This document shows, one piece after another, positions 46,412-55,419 of a DNA stretch of 63,860 nucleotides (its first letter is position 1; every line of letters begins with the position of its first letter). The notes under the pieces are model-generated. The model was not told the DNA's origin. It saw only the letters and a program-made list of their open reading frames with translations, and ran no database searches. This DNA comes from Candidatus Nanoarchaeia archaeon. GTDB taxonomy: Archaea > Nanobdellota > Nanobdellia > Woesearchaeales > UBA12501. The stretch is from contig DATDYN010000017.1 of NCBI GenBank assembly GCA_035289005.1, positions 1-63,860 of the forward strand, in the 5' to 3' direction. A program made the position numbers and the translations under genes.

Positions 46412-47524
46412 ATGCCAGAAGCATTCAAGCTATTATCTCAGGACGGAGCCGCAAGGACAGGCATACTCAAGACAGCGCATTATCCTGTCAAGACCCCTTT
46501 CTTCATGCCCATAGCCACGAAAGGGGCGGCAAAGCATATCAGCAGCGAGGAGCTTAAGGATGCAGGCACTGAATGCATAATTGCCAATGCTTTTGTGCTG
46601 AATCTGAAACCTGGGCTTGATGTAATAAAGAGGTTTGGCGGAATACATGATTTCATGAATTGGGACAGGGCGATGTTCACAGACTCAGGAGGGTTCCAGA
46701 TGCTCTCTAAAGAATTCCTGCAGCACGCGACAGAGAAAGGGGTTGTCTTCAAGAACCCTTTCGACCAGAGCAGGATGATGATAACCCCTGAGAAAGCTAT
46801 CGAGATAGAGAATTCTATAGGCGCTGATGTCGCCATGTGCCTTGATTATGTTCCAGAGTATCGCAAGGATAAGGCTTATATTGAGCACGCGGTGCAGCGC
46901 ACTAATGAATGGGCAGAGAGATGCAAGGCAGCGCATAATAACGATAAGCAGTTATTGTTCGGGATAAGCCAGGGAGGAGTCTATACAGATCTCCGCAGGA
47001 AGAGCGCGAGATGCATCGACAGCATGGATTTCGATGGTGTCGCGTTAGGAGGATTGGCTATCGGAGAGATGCATAAGGATACTTCTCGCATGATAAAAGC
47101 TTCATTGCCTGAGTTTGATCCTGCGAAAGCTAGATATGTCATGGGGATGGGAAGGCCTGATGAAGTCCTTGACGCGATATCTCAAGGAGTAGACATCTTT
47201 GATTCCAGATACCCCACCCAGAACGCTAGGCATAGGACTCTGTTCACTGTGAACGGCAATCTACTGATAGACAAGGCGAAGTTCAAGCTTGATAGGTCTC
47301 CGATAGAGAAAGGCTGCGATTGCGTAACTTGCAAGAACCATTCTCGCGCCTATATCCATCATCTTTTCAAGACGCACGAGCCGATAGCCATGAGGTACGC
47401 TTCAGTGCACAATGTAAGGTTCATACATCGCATGATCGAGAACGCTAGGAAAGCGATAGCTGCAGGAAAGTTCGAGAAGTACAGGAAGTCATTCAATAAA
47501 TCTTTCAGGAAAGGGAAGGCGTGA
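46412..47524 (+). CDS. tgt: tRNA-guanine transglycosylase, catalytic domain only (no PUA/C-terminal domains)
   Basis: FMPIATKGA, TDSGGFQM, GGLAIGE, zinc site CDCVTCKNHSRAYIHHL; 370 aa. Confidence 0.9.
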   Translation: MPEAFKLLSQDGAARTGILKTAHYPVKTPFFMPIATKGAAKHISSEELKDAGTECIIANAFVLNLKPGLDVIKRFGGIHDFMNWDRAMFTDSGGFQMLSKEFLQHATEKGVVFKNPFDQSRMMITPEKAIEIENSIGADVAMCLDYVPEYRKDKAYIEHAVQRTNEWAERCKAAHNNDKQLLFGISQGGVYTDLRRKSARCIDSMDFDGVALGGLAIGEMHKDTSRMIKASLPEFDPAKARYVMGMGRPDEVLDAISQGVDIFDSRYPTQNARHRTLFTVNGNLLIDKAKFKLDRSPIEKGCDCVTCKNHSRAYIHHLFKTHEPIAMRYASVHNVRFIHRMIENARKAIAAGKFEKYRKSFNKSFRKGKA

Positions 47525-47567
47525 ATATCTTTCTTATCCAAGATCCTTTTGAGAATTCTTTAATCGT

Positions 47568-50183
47568 TCATTTCTCCTCTCTCACGAGAGCCGGAATATT
47601 CCTGTAATAGAGATACCAATCTGGCAGATTCGGCAGTTCGTTCAATGATGATGATTTTGCGTTCATCCTTATCCCTATCCCCAGCATGTCGAATGCTCCT
47701 GCGCAGGCCACATTGCCATTATCGAGCGTGAAACAGGCATTGTAACTGTTGCCTTTTGCTATGCTTATAGAGGTCACTCCCTGCAATGGCCTTATGCTTT
47801 TGGTCTTGATCTCGTCCTGGGTTGTGTCAATAGCAGCTACTGTTGTTGGTCGTTGATTATAAAAGTCAGTGGCGTAAGGTTTAGGATTGCCCTCTCCAGT
47901 GCCTAGCTGCCCATAACCATTATGACCCCAGCAGACTGCAGTCTTGTCAGTCTTTATCGCGCAGGAAGACTGCGCTCCTGCTGTCACGAAAGTGTATTTG
48001 TCCCCATTGCTCGCTATTTTAGTGGCATAAGGTCTGGCAATGGCCGTTGTTCCGTCTCCGATCTGGCCATACCTGTTAGCTCCCCAGCAGTATATCTCTC
48101 CTTCATTATTCTGATTCTTCAAAGCGCAGAAATGCGATATCCCTGCGGCGATCATCGTTATGCCTGTGATATCATTATTATTGGCGTCCTTGACATAGTG
48201 AGGTGTGAAATAGCTTTCATAAGTGCCTTTTACCTTGCCTTTATTATCGCCGAGTTCTCCAGTATAACCGCTGTCACTAGTCTCTCCAGATTTTTCTGTG
48301 ATTCCCCAGCAGGCAACTTTTCCTCCTTTGAGCGCGCAGAAAGTGCTAAAGCTTCCGACTATGGACTGGACTTCGGTCAATCCTTGCTTATTATTTCCCT
48401 GCACATCACCAATGTCATGCACTTTCAAAGGTTTTATATTTCCGCAGAGATTGTCTTTGCAAGCCACATTGCAAGGAGGCCAATAATCATGTGCGGTTGC
48501 ATTATACGCTGCAGCTGCTTTTAGTCCGTCTATATCTCCCGCAAGTCCAACCATATATCCTTGATAGCATGATTTCATAGCGTTCTGTATCTTTTCAGGG
48601 GTATCAGCGTCTGGAAACATCAGTTCTCCAGTCTCAGGAGATCTTGGCTTTACGTTCTTACTCATAAACTGTGTGAAAAGATCGGATTCAGGGCAGCCGT
48701 AGAATCCGTCTCCATTTGCTGTCCCTTCATCCGCTTCAAACCTGCAGTGGCTTGCGCCGAAGCATTCAACACCACCCTCAGGTCTTAAAATACAACCAAC
48801 CCAGTTAACGATGAATGCCAGATCCTTGATGTTTGTCTGCGGACCAAAACCTAAAAGAAGATTAGACGGCGCTGAGTAGTCTTTGCTGCTGACCTTCACA
48901 TTGATTCCAGACAGCAGGCTTTTCCCCCAGCACCACGCTTCATTATTGGTCATGAGAACGCAATTGCCGCCTATAGGGTTGGAGACGACATCACGCACTG
49001 TCTTTCCTGCGGGAAGAAGGGGGATATTTGAAGGAAGGATCCCGTCCGAAGTCCTATACGCGTCCTTTAGTTCAGCAGACATGCTGATGGTTGGAGAGCC
49101 GACATAATTATAGATATCATTCCCCCAGCATTTTAGCACGCCATTATCAATAGCGCAGGCGTTAGAATACCCTAATTTGACATTTGTCAGGCCATCAGCG
49201 ACTTTGTAATCGCACATGTTAGCCGCGCGCCAGTCGATCCATTGGTTATCGACGCAGCGAAGAGAGTTGATATTGCTCGCGAATTTTCCTCCGATACGGT
49301 TTCCGTTGAATATGACAGAATCGCATTGGCTTGCCTTATCATTGCCGTTCCAGGCTCTCGGATAGCCGCCGCATTGTGAAGTGTCAGGGACAGCTTCGAC
49401 CCATTTCCAGTTGCTGAAATTCTTTGGTTTAAGCTGCATCCATTGCAGTGTTGTGGGCACTGGAGGAGTTGAAGTCGCTGGGATGAGGGCTCTGCAGAAA
49501 TAGAATTTCCCAGAGGAATAGTGGCAGGTATTGGCAGTTGACGCGTTATTGCTTGTGCATCCGTTCACGGGCAGTTCAATTACTTCCTTGCATTTCAATC
49601 CTGGCTTGAATTCTTTCTCGCAGGAAGCTGTCTCGCAAGTTGTAGCGGGTTTGCAGTCTGCAGAGCATGTCTGTGGCGTCTCATCAGCGTTGCATGTTCC
49701 GTCGCCGCAGCTGATTGTGGGGGGAGGAGTCTCTCCAGTCACTGTGAAGCTGCCCTCTTCCCATCTGCACTGCCAGCCGCTGCCTACTGTCTTCGGATCG
49801 CAGATTCTGAGCCTGTAGTATACTTTTCCGTCGCTTCCAGGCATTGTCTGCGCTTGTGTTATCGTGAAAGTCATTGTCCCTCTCTTCCATGAAGGATTGT
49901 TCGCTAAACTATCCCCCCCTGTCAGGAGAACGCTTCCTTTGGAGATCATGCTGCCTTGGTCGTTCTTCACCCGCACAAAGGCTTTCTTGAACACTGCTGT
50001 CTGGCCTGTCACTGTTATCGTTATAGTATTTGAGAACGCGCCATTTATGATAGGGATATCTGTCGTTGGGGCAGAGTAAGAGAACGCTTCACCTACTGGC
50101 TGGCAGCCTGACAGGATTGATGGAATTATCATAATAATTAAGGCCAGCAGAATAATGTTTATGTTCTCTCTTTTTTTCGCCAT
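47568..50183 (-). CDS. Secreted/lipobox RCC1-repeat (beta-propeller) protein
   Basis: N-terminal IIMIIPSILSGCQ (lipobox-like LSGC), Cys motif SCGDGTCNADETPQTCSADC, and RCC1-type repeats (CWGHNGYGQLGTG, CWGANRYGQIGDG, CWGNDIYNYVG, CWGITEKSG). Confidence 0.8.
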   Translation of the reverse strand: MAKKRENINIILLALIIMIIPSILSGCQPVGEAFSYSAPTTDIPIINGAFSNTITITVTGQTAVFKKAFVRVKNDQGSMISKGSVLLTGGDSLANNPSWKRGTMTFTITQAQTMPGSDGKVYYRLRICDPKTVGSGWQCRWEEGSFTVTGETPPPTISCGDGTCNADETPQTCSADCKPATTCETASCEKEFKPGLKCKEVIELPVNGCTSNNASTANTCHYSSGKFYFCRALIPATSTPPVPTTLQWMQLKPKNFSNWKWVEAVPDTSQCGGYPRAWNGNDKASQCDSVIFNGNRIGGKFASNINSLRCVDNQWIDWRAANMCDYKVADGLTNVKLGYSNACAIDNGVLKCWGNDIYNYVGSPTISMSAELKDAYRTSDGILPSNIPLLPAGKTVRDVVSNPIGGNCVLMTNNEAWCWGKSLLSGINVKVSSKDYSAPSNLLLGFGPQTNIKDLAFIVNWVGCILRPEGGVECFGASHCRFEADEGTANGDGFYGCPESDLFTQFMSKNVKPRSPETGELMFPDADTPEKIQNAMKSCYQGYMVGLAGDIDGLKAAAAYNATAHDYWPPCNVACKDNLCGNIKPLKVHDIGDVQGNNKQGLTEVQSIVGSFSTFCALKGGKVACWGITEKSGETSDSGYTGELGDNKGKVKGTYESYFTPHYVKDANNNDITGITMIAAGISHFCALKNQNNEGEIYCWGANRYGQIGDGTTAIARPYATKIASNGDKYTFVTAGAQSSCAIKTDKTAVCWGHNGYGQLGTGEGNPKPYATDFYNQRPTTVAAIDTTQDEIKTKSIRPLQGVTSISIAKGNSYNACFTLDNGNVACAGAFDMLGIGIRMNAKSSSLNELPNLPDWYLYYRNIPALVREEK

Positions 50184-50230
50184 TGGATACGGTAGAAATG
50201 GTCAGGATATATAAAGATTGCGTGGTTGTG

Positions 50231-50462
50231 GGCGATATCCTGAATCTTTAACTGAGAATTTTTTTGATGTTGCTTAAATGAATGACTTATAATGGAATTG
50301 GGGATGCCTATATGTAATGGCAAGAAATAACGAAAATCACCTATTGTGATCGTCAAGAATATTTACATTTTTGAGCGTGCTCGGAAATCACTTTGCGGAT
50401 TTCCGACATTTCGAGATTGAAAATCAATGCATCGATTTTCAATCGTGATTCAGGACAGAGCC
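50231..50462. mobile_element. MITE-like element, copy d, composite (interior replaced or invaded by short hairpin repeats)
   Basis: Termini GGCGATATCCTGAATC (50231-46) and GATTCAGGACAGAGCC (50447-62). The interior carries GAGCGTGCTCGGAAATCACTTTGCGGATTTCCGACAT (about 50373-50409) and the palindrome GATTGAAAATCAATGCATCGATTTTCAATC (50415-44). Confidence 0.6.
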
Positions 50463-50482
50463 AAGGTTTTGTCTTTATCAAA

Positions 50483-51130
50483 TCAGAGTATCCGCGCAGG
50501 GACTTTGCAGTGCTGCTTGAACTTCTCAGCGTCAGCCCTTGTTCCTGCGACAGCAGGATTGCCCCAATGCATCGGTATCGCGATTTTCGGCCTGAAAATG
50601 TTGACTGCCGCAGCGGCTTCCTCAGCAGTCATGACATAACTGCCGCACACTGGGACTAATGCGATGTCTATGTCCTGCAGCGCTTTCATCTCAGGAGTCG
50701 CGTCAGTATCTCCTGAATGGTATACTCTTTTCTCATTTATTGTTATTATGAACCCAACCCATTCGTTCTCTCTGGGATGGAACCTTTTAGCAGGATTATA
50801 GGCCGGAACTGTCTCTATCATCGTCCCTTTCACATTCAGCTTCTGCCCTGGCCTGACAATCGTCACATTCGCGATCTGCAGGTTCGCGAGCTTGCTCTGG
50901 CAGTCAGCCACAGTGATTATGATCGTCTCAGGCTTGATTATCTTCTTCAAGTCAGCGATAGAGCAATGGTCGAAATGCTCATGGGTGATGAGAAGTATGT
51001 CCGCTTTCTTTCCGGCAGCGGCTTCATCTGTAAGGCTGAAAGGGTCGATATAGATTGTCTTGTCGTTATCGAACCTGAACCCGGCATGGCCGAGCCATTC
51101 GATGTTCACGCCTTCGATCTCAGCAGCCAT
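50483..51130 (-). CDS. Metallo-beta-lactamase-fold hydrolase (UPF0173-like)
   Basis: IEWLGHAGF, LLITHEHFDHC, HSGDT. Met at 51130 is preferred because these proteins usually start just before WLGHA. The ORF track starts at 51199. Confidence 0.8.
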   Translation of the reverse strand: MAAEIEGVNIEWLGHAGFRFDNDKTIYIDPFSLTDEAAAGKKADILLITHEHFDHCSIADLKKIIKPETIIITVADCQSKLANLQIANVTIVRPGQKLNVKGTMIETVPAYNPAKRFHPRENEWVGFIITINEKRVYHSGDTDATPEMKALQDIDIALVPVCGSYVMTAEEAAAAVNIFRPKIAIPMHWGNPAVAGTRADAEKFKQHCKVPARIL

Positions 51131-51252
51131 AATGCCTATAAGCCCCTCTTTTATTATAAATGTTGCCTTGCGTTCCTTTATTATGGCCAGAATCCTCAAT
51201 CATGCATTTTTAAGCGAAACATTTAAATACATAACTTCCAATCAAAAGGTTA

Positions 51253-51852
51253 ATGGCTGAAGAATCAACTTTCAGAGGCGCTATAAGCTTTCTGGAGAAA
51301 ATAGGGGTGTATGATGTCGTTCTCCCTTTCATACTCATATTCACGATAGTCTTCGCTATCTTCGAGAAGACTAAAGTCCTTGGGGTAGAGAAGATCGGCG
51401 GGCATGAGTACAGCAGGAAAGACCTGAATGCCACAGTCGCGTTCGTCATAGCTTTCCTTGTCGTCGCGTCTTCAAAGCTGGTTACTATAATCAATGAATC
51501 ACTAGGGAAGATAGTCCTTCTGCTGCTCATCTCAATATGCTTCCTCCTCTTGATAGGCAGCTTCTATCGCTATGATGAGAAAGTCTTCCTTGAAGGATGG
51601 TGGCGCAAGGCGTTCATGGCTTTCATGTTCATAGGAGTCATACTCATATTCTCTGACGCGGTCAAGACTGACAGCGGAGAGAGCTGGCTGGAGTCTTTCT
51701 GGAATTTCCTGGTCAATAACTGGCAGGCAGGCTGGACAGCCTCTCTTATACTTGTGATCTTCATAGCCATCTTTATCGGCTATATTGTCGGCCCGAAGCC
51801 TGGCGGAGAGCACAAGGAAAAGAAAGAAGGCAATGGCGATCATGGGCATTGA
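51253..51852 (+). CDS. 4-TM membrane protein, tandem paralogue 1 of 3
   Basis: FRGAISFLEKIGVYDVVLPFILIFTIVFAIFEKTKVLG; ~4 TM segments; Gly/His-rich tail. Confidence 0.6.
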   Translation: MAEESTFRGAISFLEKIGVYDVVLPFILIFTIVFAIFEKTKVLGVEKIGGHEYSRKDLNATVAFVIAFLVVASSKLVTIINESLGKIVLLLLISICFLLLIGSFYRYDEKVFLEGWWRKAFMAFMFIGVILIFSDAVKTDSGESWLESFWNFLVNNWQAGWTASLILVIFIAIFIGYIVGPKPGGEHKEKKEGNGDHGH

Positions 51853-51967
51853 GGCGTTTTAGCGATATCAAATAGCAATATTAATAAGAGGCATATGTTT
51901 TTAGAGGATAAATGATCGGCGAAACCTAAGTCAATAATTCAGGATATTCGCAAAGGAAGGTGAAGAT

Positions 51968-52573
51968 ATGGCTTCAGCATTGACAGATTCGTTCAGCAGA
52001 GGACTCCAGTTATTGATTGATATAGGGTTAGCAGATGTCATGCTCCCTTTCATGCTCATCTTCACGCTTGTCTTCGCTATCATGATGAAGACTGAGGTTC
52101 TTGGAAAGAACAAGCGATACAACGGAGTGCTCGCGCTTGTTCTCGCTCTTGCCACAGTCATCCCTCATGTCACAAATTCTTATCCTCCTGGGTCTGATGT
52201 TATTGATATCATAAATATCGCTTTGCCGAATGTTTCTGTGGTTGTTATCGCGATTATCATGCTCGTGCTGCTTGTAGGGATCTTTGCTGGAGGGCAGTTA
52301 ACCACAGTCGCGACAGCCCCTGTAGTGCTGATATTCTTGGTGATAATAATATACATCTTCGGAGCTGCCGCAGCCTGGTGGTCAATCCCTGAATCTCTGA
52401 GTTTCATGAAAGATTCTGACACTCAGGCATTGCTGATAGTCATAGCAGTGTTCGCGATAATCATCTGGTTCATAGTCGGAGAAAAGAAGCCTACTGCTGG
52501 ACAAGGGCTTTTCCATTCATTAGGGGAATTGTTTAAGCCAGGAGGAGGCGCGTCTCCACCGCATCATCCTTAA
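51968..52573 (+). CDS. 4-TM membrane protein, tandem paralogue 2 of 3
   Basis: FSRGLQLLIDIGLADVMLPFMLIFTLVFAIMMKTEVLG aligns with paralogue 1. Same length class (201 aa). Confidence 0.6.
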   Translation: MASALTDSFSRGLQLLIDIGLADVMLPFMLIFTLVFAIMMKTEVLGKNKRYNGVLALVLALATVIPHVTNSYPPGSDVIDIINIALPNVSVVVIAIIMLVLLVGIFAGGQLTTVATAPVVLIFLVIIIYIFGAAAAWWSIPESLSFMKDSDTQALLIVIAVFAIIIWFIVGEKKPTAGQGLFHSLGELFKPGGGASPPHHP

Positions 52574-52594
52574 TAAGTATATTGACAGACACTC

Positions 52595-53167
52595 ATGGCA
52601 ACGATACTTGACGCTGGACTGCTGCAGAATTTCAGCATATTCTTCTCTTTCGTGTTCGTCATCGCGATAGTCTACGGAATCCTCACATTCACCAAGGTAT
52701 TCGGCGAGAGCAAAGGCCTGCAGGTTCTGATAGCTTTCATCGTCGGTCTTATGGTATTGTTAGTCCCTGACGTCAATAGGCTGATAACGACAATGGTGCC
52801 CTGGTTCACCACATTTTTCGTCTTCATCCTGTTCTTGCTGATAGCCTACAAGATCTTCGGCGCCACAGACGCTGACATAATGGGCGCGCTGAAAGAGAAC
52901 TCGACAATAGTCTGGGTTGTAGGAATAGTGTTTGTCGTCATACTTATCGGGTCTTTCGGTTCAGTATACGGGCAGAAATTCCTTGCAGGACAGCAGGACA
53001 TAACTTCAGGAAGCGCTGCAGGCAGCGAAGGGACAGGAACTCCGGACTATTCATCTAATGTTGCGGCGACGTTCTTCCATCCTAAGGTCTTAGGGATGCT
53101 CTTTATACTCATCCTTGGAGTGTTCACTGTGGCGATACTTGCGGTCAATACCGCCGGTGGGCATTAA
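52595..53167 (+). CDS. 4-TM membrane protein, tandem paralogue 3 of 3 (more divergent)
   Basis: LLQNFSIFFSFVFVIAIVYGILTFTKVFGESKG. Same topology and length (190 aa). Confidence 0.55.
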   Translation: MATILDAGLLQNFSIFFSFVFVIAIVYGILTFTKVFGESKGLQVLIAFIVGLMVLLVPDVNRLITTMVPWFTTFFVFILFLLIAYKIFGATDADIMGALKENSTIVWVVGIVFVVILIGSFGSVYGQKFLAGQQDITSGSAAGSEGTGTPDYSSNVAATFFHPKVLGMLFILILGVFTVAILAVNTAGGH

Positions 53168-53260
53168 TTCCTTCATGTTACCTCTCACTCAGGATATTAG
53201 GGATCAATCACCTCTATGCTTAAGAAATAAGCAGAAAAACAGATCACTCAAATATCCCGA

Positions 53261-53944
53261 TCATTTGCTTTTGACCTTTTGAGCGGCCTTGACGCGCGCA
53301 GTGATCCTTGAGAGCTCATTGACATTGTCGACGAATCCTGGAAGTATCTTCTGGAATACCTTCTCCAAAGCCTGGATGTCAGTCCCCAGATTGACTATCC
53401 CTTTATCATAATCGGAGATCTTGCCGAGTATTCCCTCATGCAGCTTGTCAAAAGAGCTTCTCAGATCGTCAACTTTCTGCTCAAGCTTGCTAAGGCGGGA
53501 TTCCACAGTGTCTTTCCAGTCAAGAACCCTGTTCACGCTCTCTATGAGGTCTGTCCATTTCTCATCGATTATGGCTTCAGCGATCTCATGCATCCTTCCT
53601 TCATTGCTGGATTGAGGCAGCCCCATATCAGGTATTCCTGAAGGATGCAGCTGAGGTATTCCCTGTTGCTGGAAAGAAGGCATCTGTTGTTCCATGATCT
53701 CACCTTTTTGATGTTCTGGAGGCTTCTGTTCAAGCACTCCTTCCTTGAGGTCTGCCTGATTTATCGCGCGGCTGATATTGTCCATGCCATAGCCTGCGCG
53801 CTGCAATGCCTCAAGTATCTGGTTGTTGCTGAATCCCTGCGCGCGCATGGTCAGTACGCGGTCGGTAGGGACGTCTGTCGGCCCTGCCGGGTTAGGCGGT
53901 ATCGCTCTGTTCTGTGTGAATATATCAGTCATCACTGCCATCAC
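53261..53944 (-). CDS. Coiled-coil protein with N-terminal 'G-x4-Q-I..L...G-Y/W' helical module
   Basis: QGFSNNQILEALQRAGYGMDNISRAI near the N-terminus, a Q/P-rich linker, and a C-terminal heptad-like region (VESRLSKLEQKVDDLRSSFDKLHEGILGKISDYDKGIVNLGTDIQALEKVFQKI), loosely reminiscent of FlaC-type coils. Confidence 0.5.
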   Translation of the reverse strand: MMAVMTDIFTQNRAIPPNPAGPTDVPTDRVLTMRAQGFSNNQILEALQRAGYGMDNISRAINQADLKEGVLEQKPPEHQKGEIMEQQMPSFQQQGIPQLHPSGIPDMGLPQSSNEGRMHEIAEAIIDEKWTDLIESVNRVLDWKDTVESRLSKLEQKVDDLRSSFDKLHEGILGKISDYDKGIVNLGTDIQALEKVFQKILPGFVDNVNELSRITARVKAAQKVKSK

Positions 53945-54025
53945 GAACCTGCCTTGATATATTGAATGTCAGTAAAATTGTTGTTTGTTGTCACGAACAA
54001 AAGACAGTGAGCTTTTTAAAGATTG

Positions 54026-54357
54026 TGATGCGCGAGGCGATGTCCTGGACATCAGTTTCTCATTAAAAATTGCGCTGGGTGTGATACCCCTACCATTTAT
54101 GGTGCAATGTCGGAAATGTATTGCATTTCCGAGCATCCCGAAAATCTTTTGATTTTCGCGATTTTTAATTTCGAAAATCAGCCTTTTGGCGAGGAGCGTA
54201 AAACCTCGGGCTTTATGTCGGAAATCGACAAGGTGATTTCCGAGCATCCCGAAAATGCGCACATTTTCGCGAGCCCGAGGATAACGAAAATCACCAAGAG
54301 GGGATTTTCGGGATGGAAAATCCGAGATTTTCCATAGCTCCGAGCGGCTGATTTTCG
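54026..54357. repeat. Nested array of hairpin repeats filling a 437-bp intergenic gap
   Basis: Collapsed MITE end GGCGATGTCC-T-GGACATC (about 54032-54053). Two copies of ATGTCGGAAAT-N10-ATTTCCGAGCATCCCGAAAAT-N9-ATTTTCGCGA (54107-61, 54215-72). Outer palindrome CGAAAATCAGCC...GGCTGATTTTCG (54172-54357). Confidence 0.8.
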
Positions 54358-54381
54358 TTATATACTATCAAAATCTCCTCT

Positions 54382-54867
54382 TCATTTCTGCTGTTCCTGC
54401 TGCTCAATCATCTCGTCAATCTTCTCCTGCACTATCTCTCGTATCAGTTTATCCGCTTCTGTGCGGGTGACATACTGCAATGGCTCCAGGAAATCTATGT
54501 ATTTCTGCAGCACTTTCAATTCATCTGCTTTCGCGCAGTCCATGAGCTCTTTGACCATGAGTCTTGCTTTCCCTCGCAAGTCCTCAATGCTTCTGCGCAT
54601 CTCGATAAGGTCAGAGCTTGTCGCTCTGGTCTCCTGGGATAATGTCTTGCTCTGCTTGAGCATGTTCTGCTCTATCAGCTGTATCTTCTTGCGCAGTCCG
54701 TCATAGCGCTCTTCAATAAGCCTTAGCCTGCGGTTGAGGTTAGCTATCTGAGAAGTGATATCTGAAGAAGGCGCCGCAGCCATCTCCGGCTTGTGCTTGA
54801 ATATGCCGCCGCTCTCTTTTTTCCCCGCTCCTTGCTGACCGAACAGGGGAGGTGTAGCTTCTGCCAT
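54382..54867 (-). CDS. Coiled-coil protein (161 aa)
   Basis: ITSQIANLNRRLRLIEERYDGLRKKIQLIEQNMLKQSKTL...IEDLRGKARLMVKELMD; no enzymatic motif. Confidence 0.5.
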   Translation of the reverse strand: MAEATPPLFGQQGAGKKESGGIFKHKPEMAAAPSSDITSQIANLNRRLRLIEERYDGLRKKIQLIEQNMLKQSKTLSQETRATSSDLIEMRRSIEDLRGKARLMVKELMDCAKADELKVLQKYIDFLEPLQYVTRTEADKLIREIVQEKIDEMIEQQEQQK

Positions 54868-55217
54868 GATTAAGAGCGAGAGAGATTTACTGATATATAA
54901 AGGTATGTTGCTGTGGGGTGAAGGCTTGGATTTCTAATGTCTTTCTCCGCATCCAAGGCAAACATTTAAGAAGGGAAGATGATATATTATGTATTAAGTA
55001 TATAATATACTATGAAATATATCAAATATATAAGATAATATGTTTTAGGCAGTTAGCTCAAGACCTGGCCGGCATCGCCACCCCCAAGCAAGGCGCAACT
55101 CAACCACCCCCACCATTTTCATTGCGGCAGAGATAGCTCTTCGGAAGAACTATGCCATAAAGCGTTTCCAGAAAAGAAAGACTGATAAATGCGGCAGACA
55201 ATGCAGTGCAGACGCTG

Positions 55218-55370
55218 ATGAAAAAACCTATAAGCGCGACTATCGAGAAAGAACTGCTCGACTGGATAGACAGCAAGCTGGCTGAAGGCTCGAGGTACAG
55301 GAATAAATCCCATATCATCGAGACAGCGCTCGAGATGATGAAGCAGGAAGAGAGCAAGAAGAAGAGATGA
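55218..55370 (+). CDS. Ribbon-helix-helix (CopG/MetJ-like) protein, 50 aa (below the ORF-track cutoff)
   Basis: My own translation: MKKPISATIEKELLDWIDSKLAEGSRYRNKSHIIETALEMMKQEESKKKR. It shows the beta-strand/helix/helix RHH pattern and ends 49 nt upstream of the ATPase gene. Confidence 0.6.
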   Translation: MKKPISATIEKELLDWIDSKLAEGSRYRNKSHIIETALEMMKQEESKKKR

Positions 55371-55419
55371 TCCCATCAAGGGCGGATAATCAGGCAATCA
55401 CCAATGAAAAGAGAGGTGC

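Noticed and set aside
53969-54337. ORFs 53969-54262 (minus strand) and 54107-54337 (plus strand), and a possible CRISPR-like array
   Set aside because: The region consists of nested palindromic repeats. There are only two copies of the ~56-nt unit, the units are themselves double hairpins with irregular spacing, and no cas genes are nearby. It is neither a CRISPR array nor coding.
54961-55045. Very AT-rich stretch (TATATTATGTATTAAGTATATAATATACTATGAAATATATCAAATATATAAGATAATATG) as a possible replication origin or DUE
   Set aside because: There is no adjacent orc1/cdc6 gene and I could not recognise any ORB-like repeats. It lies in a divergent promoter region (coiled-coil gene to the left, RHH/ATPase to the right), so stacked TATA boxes are the simpler explanation.
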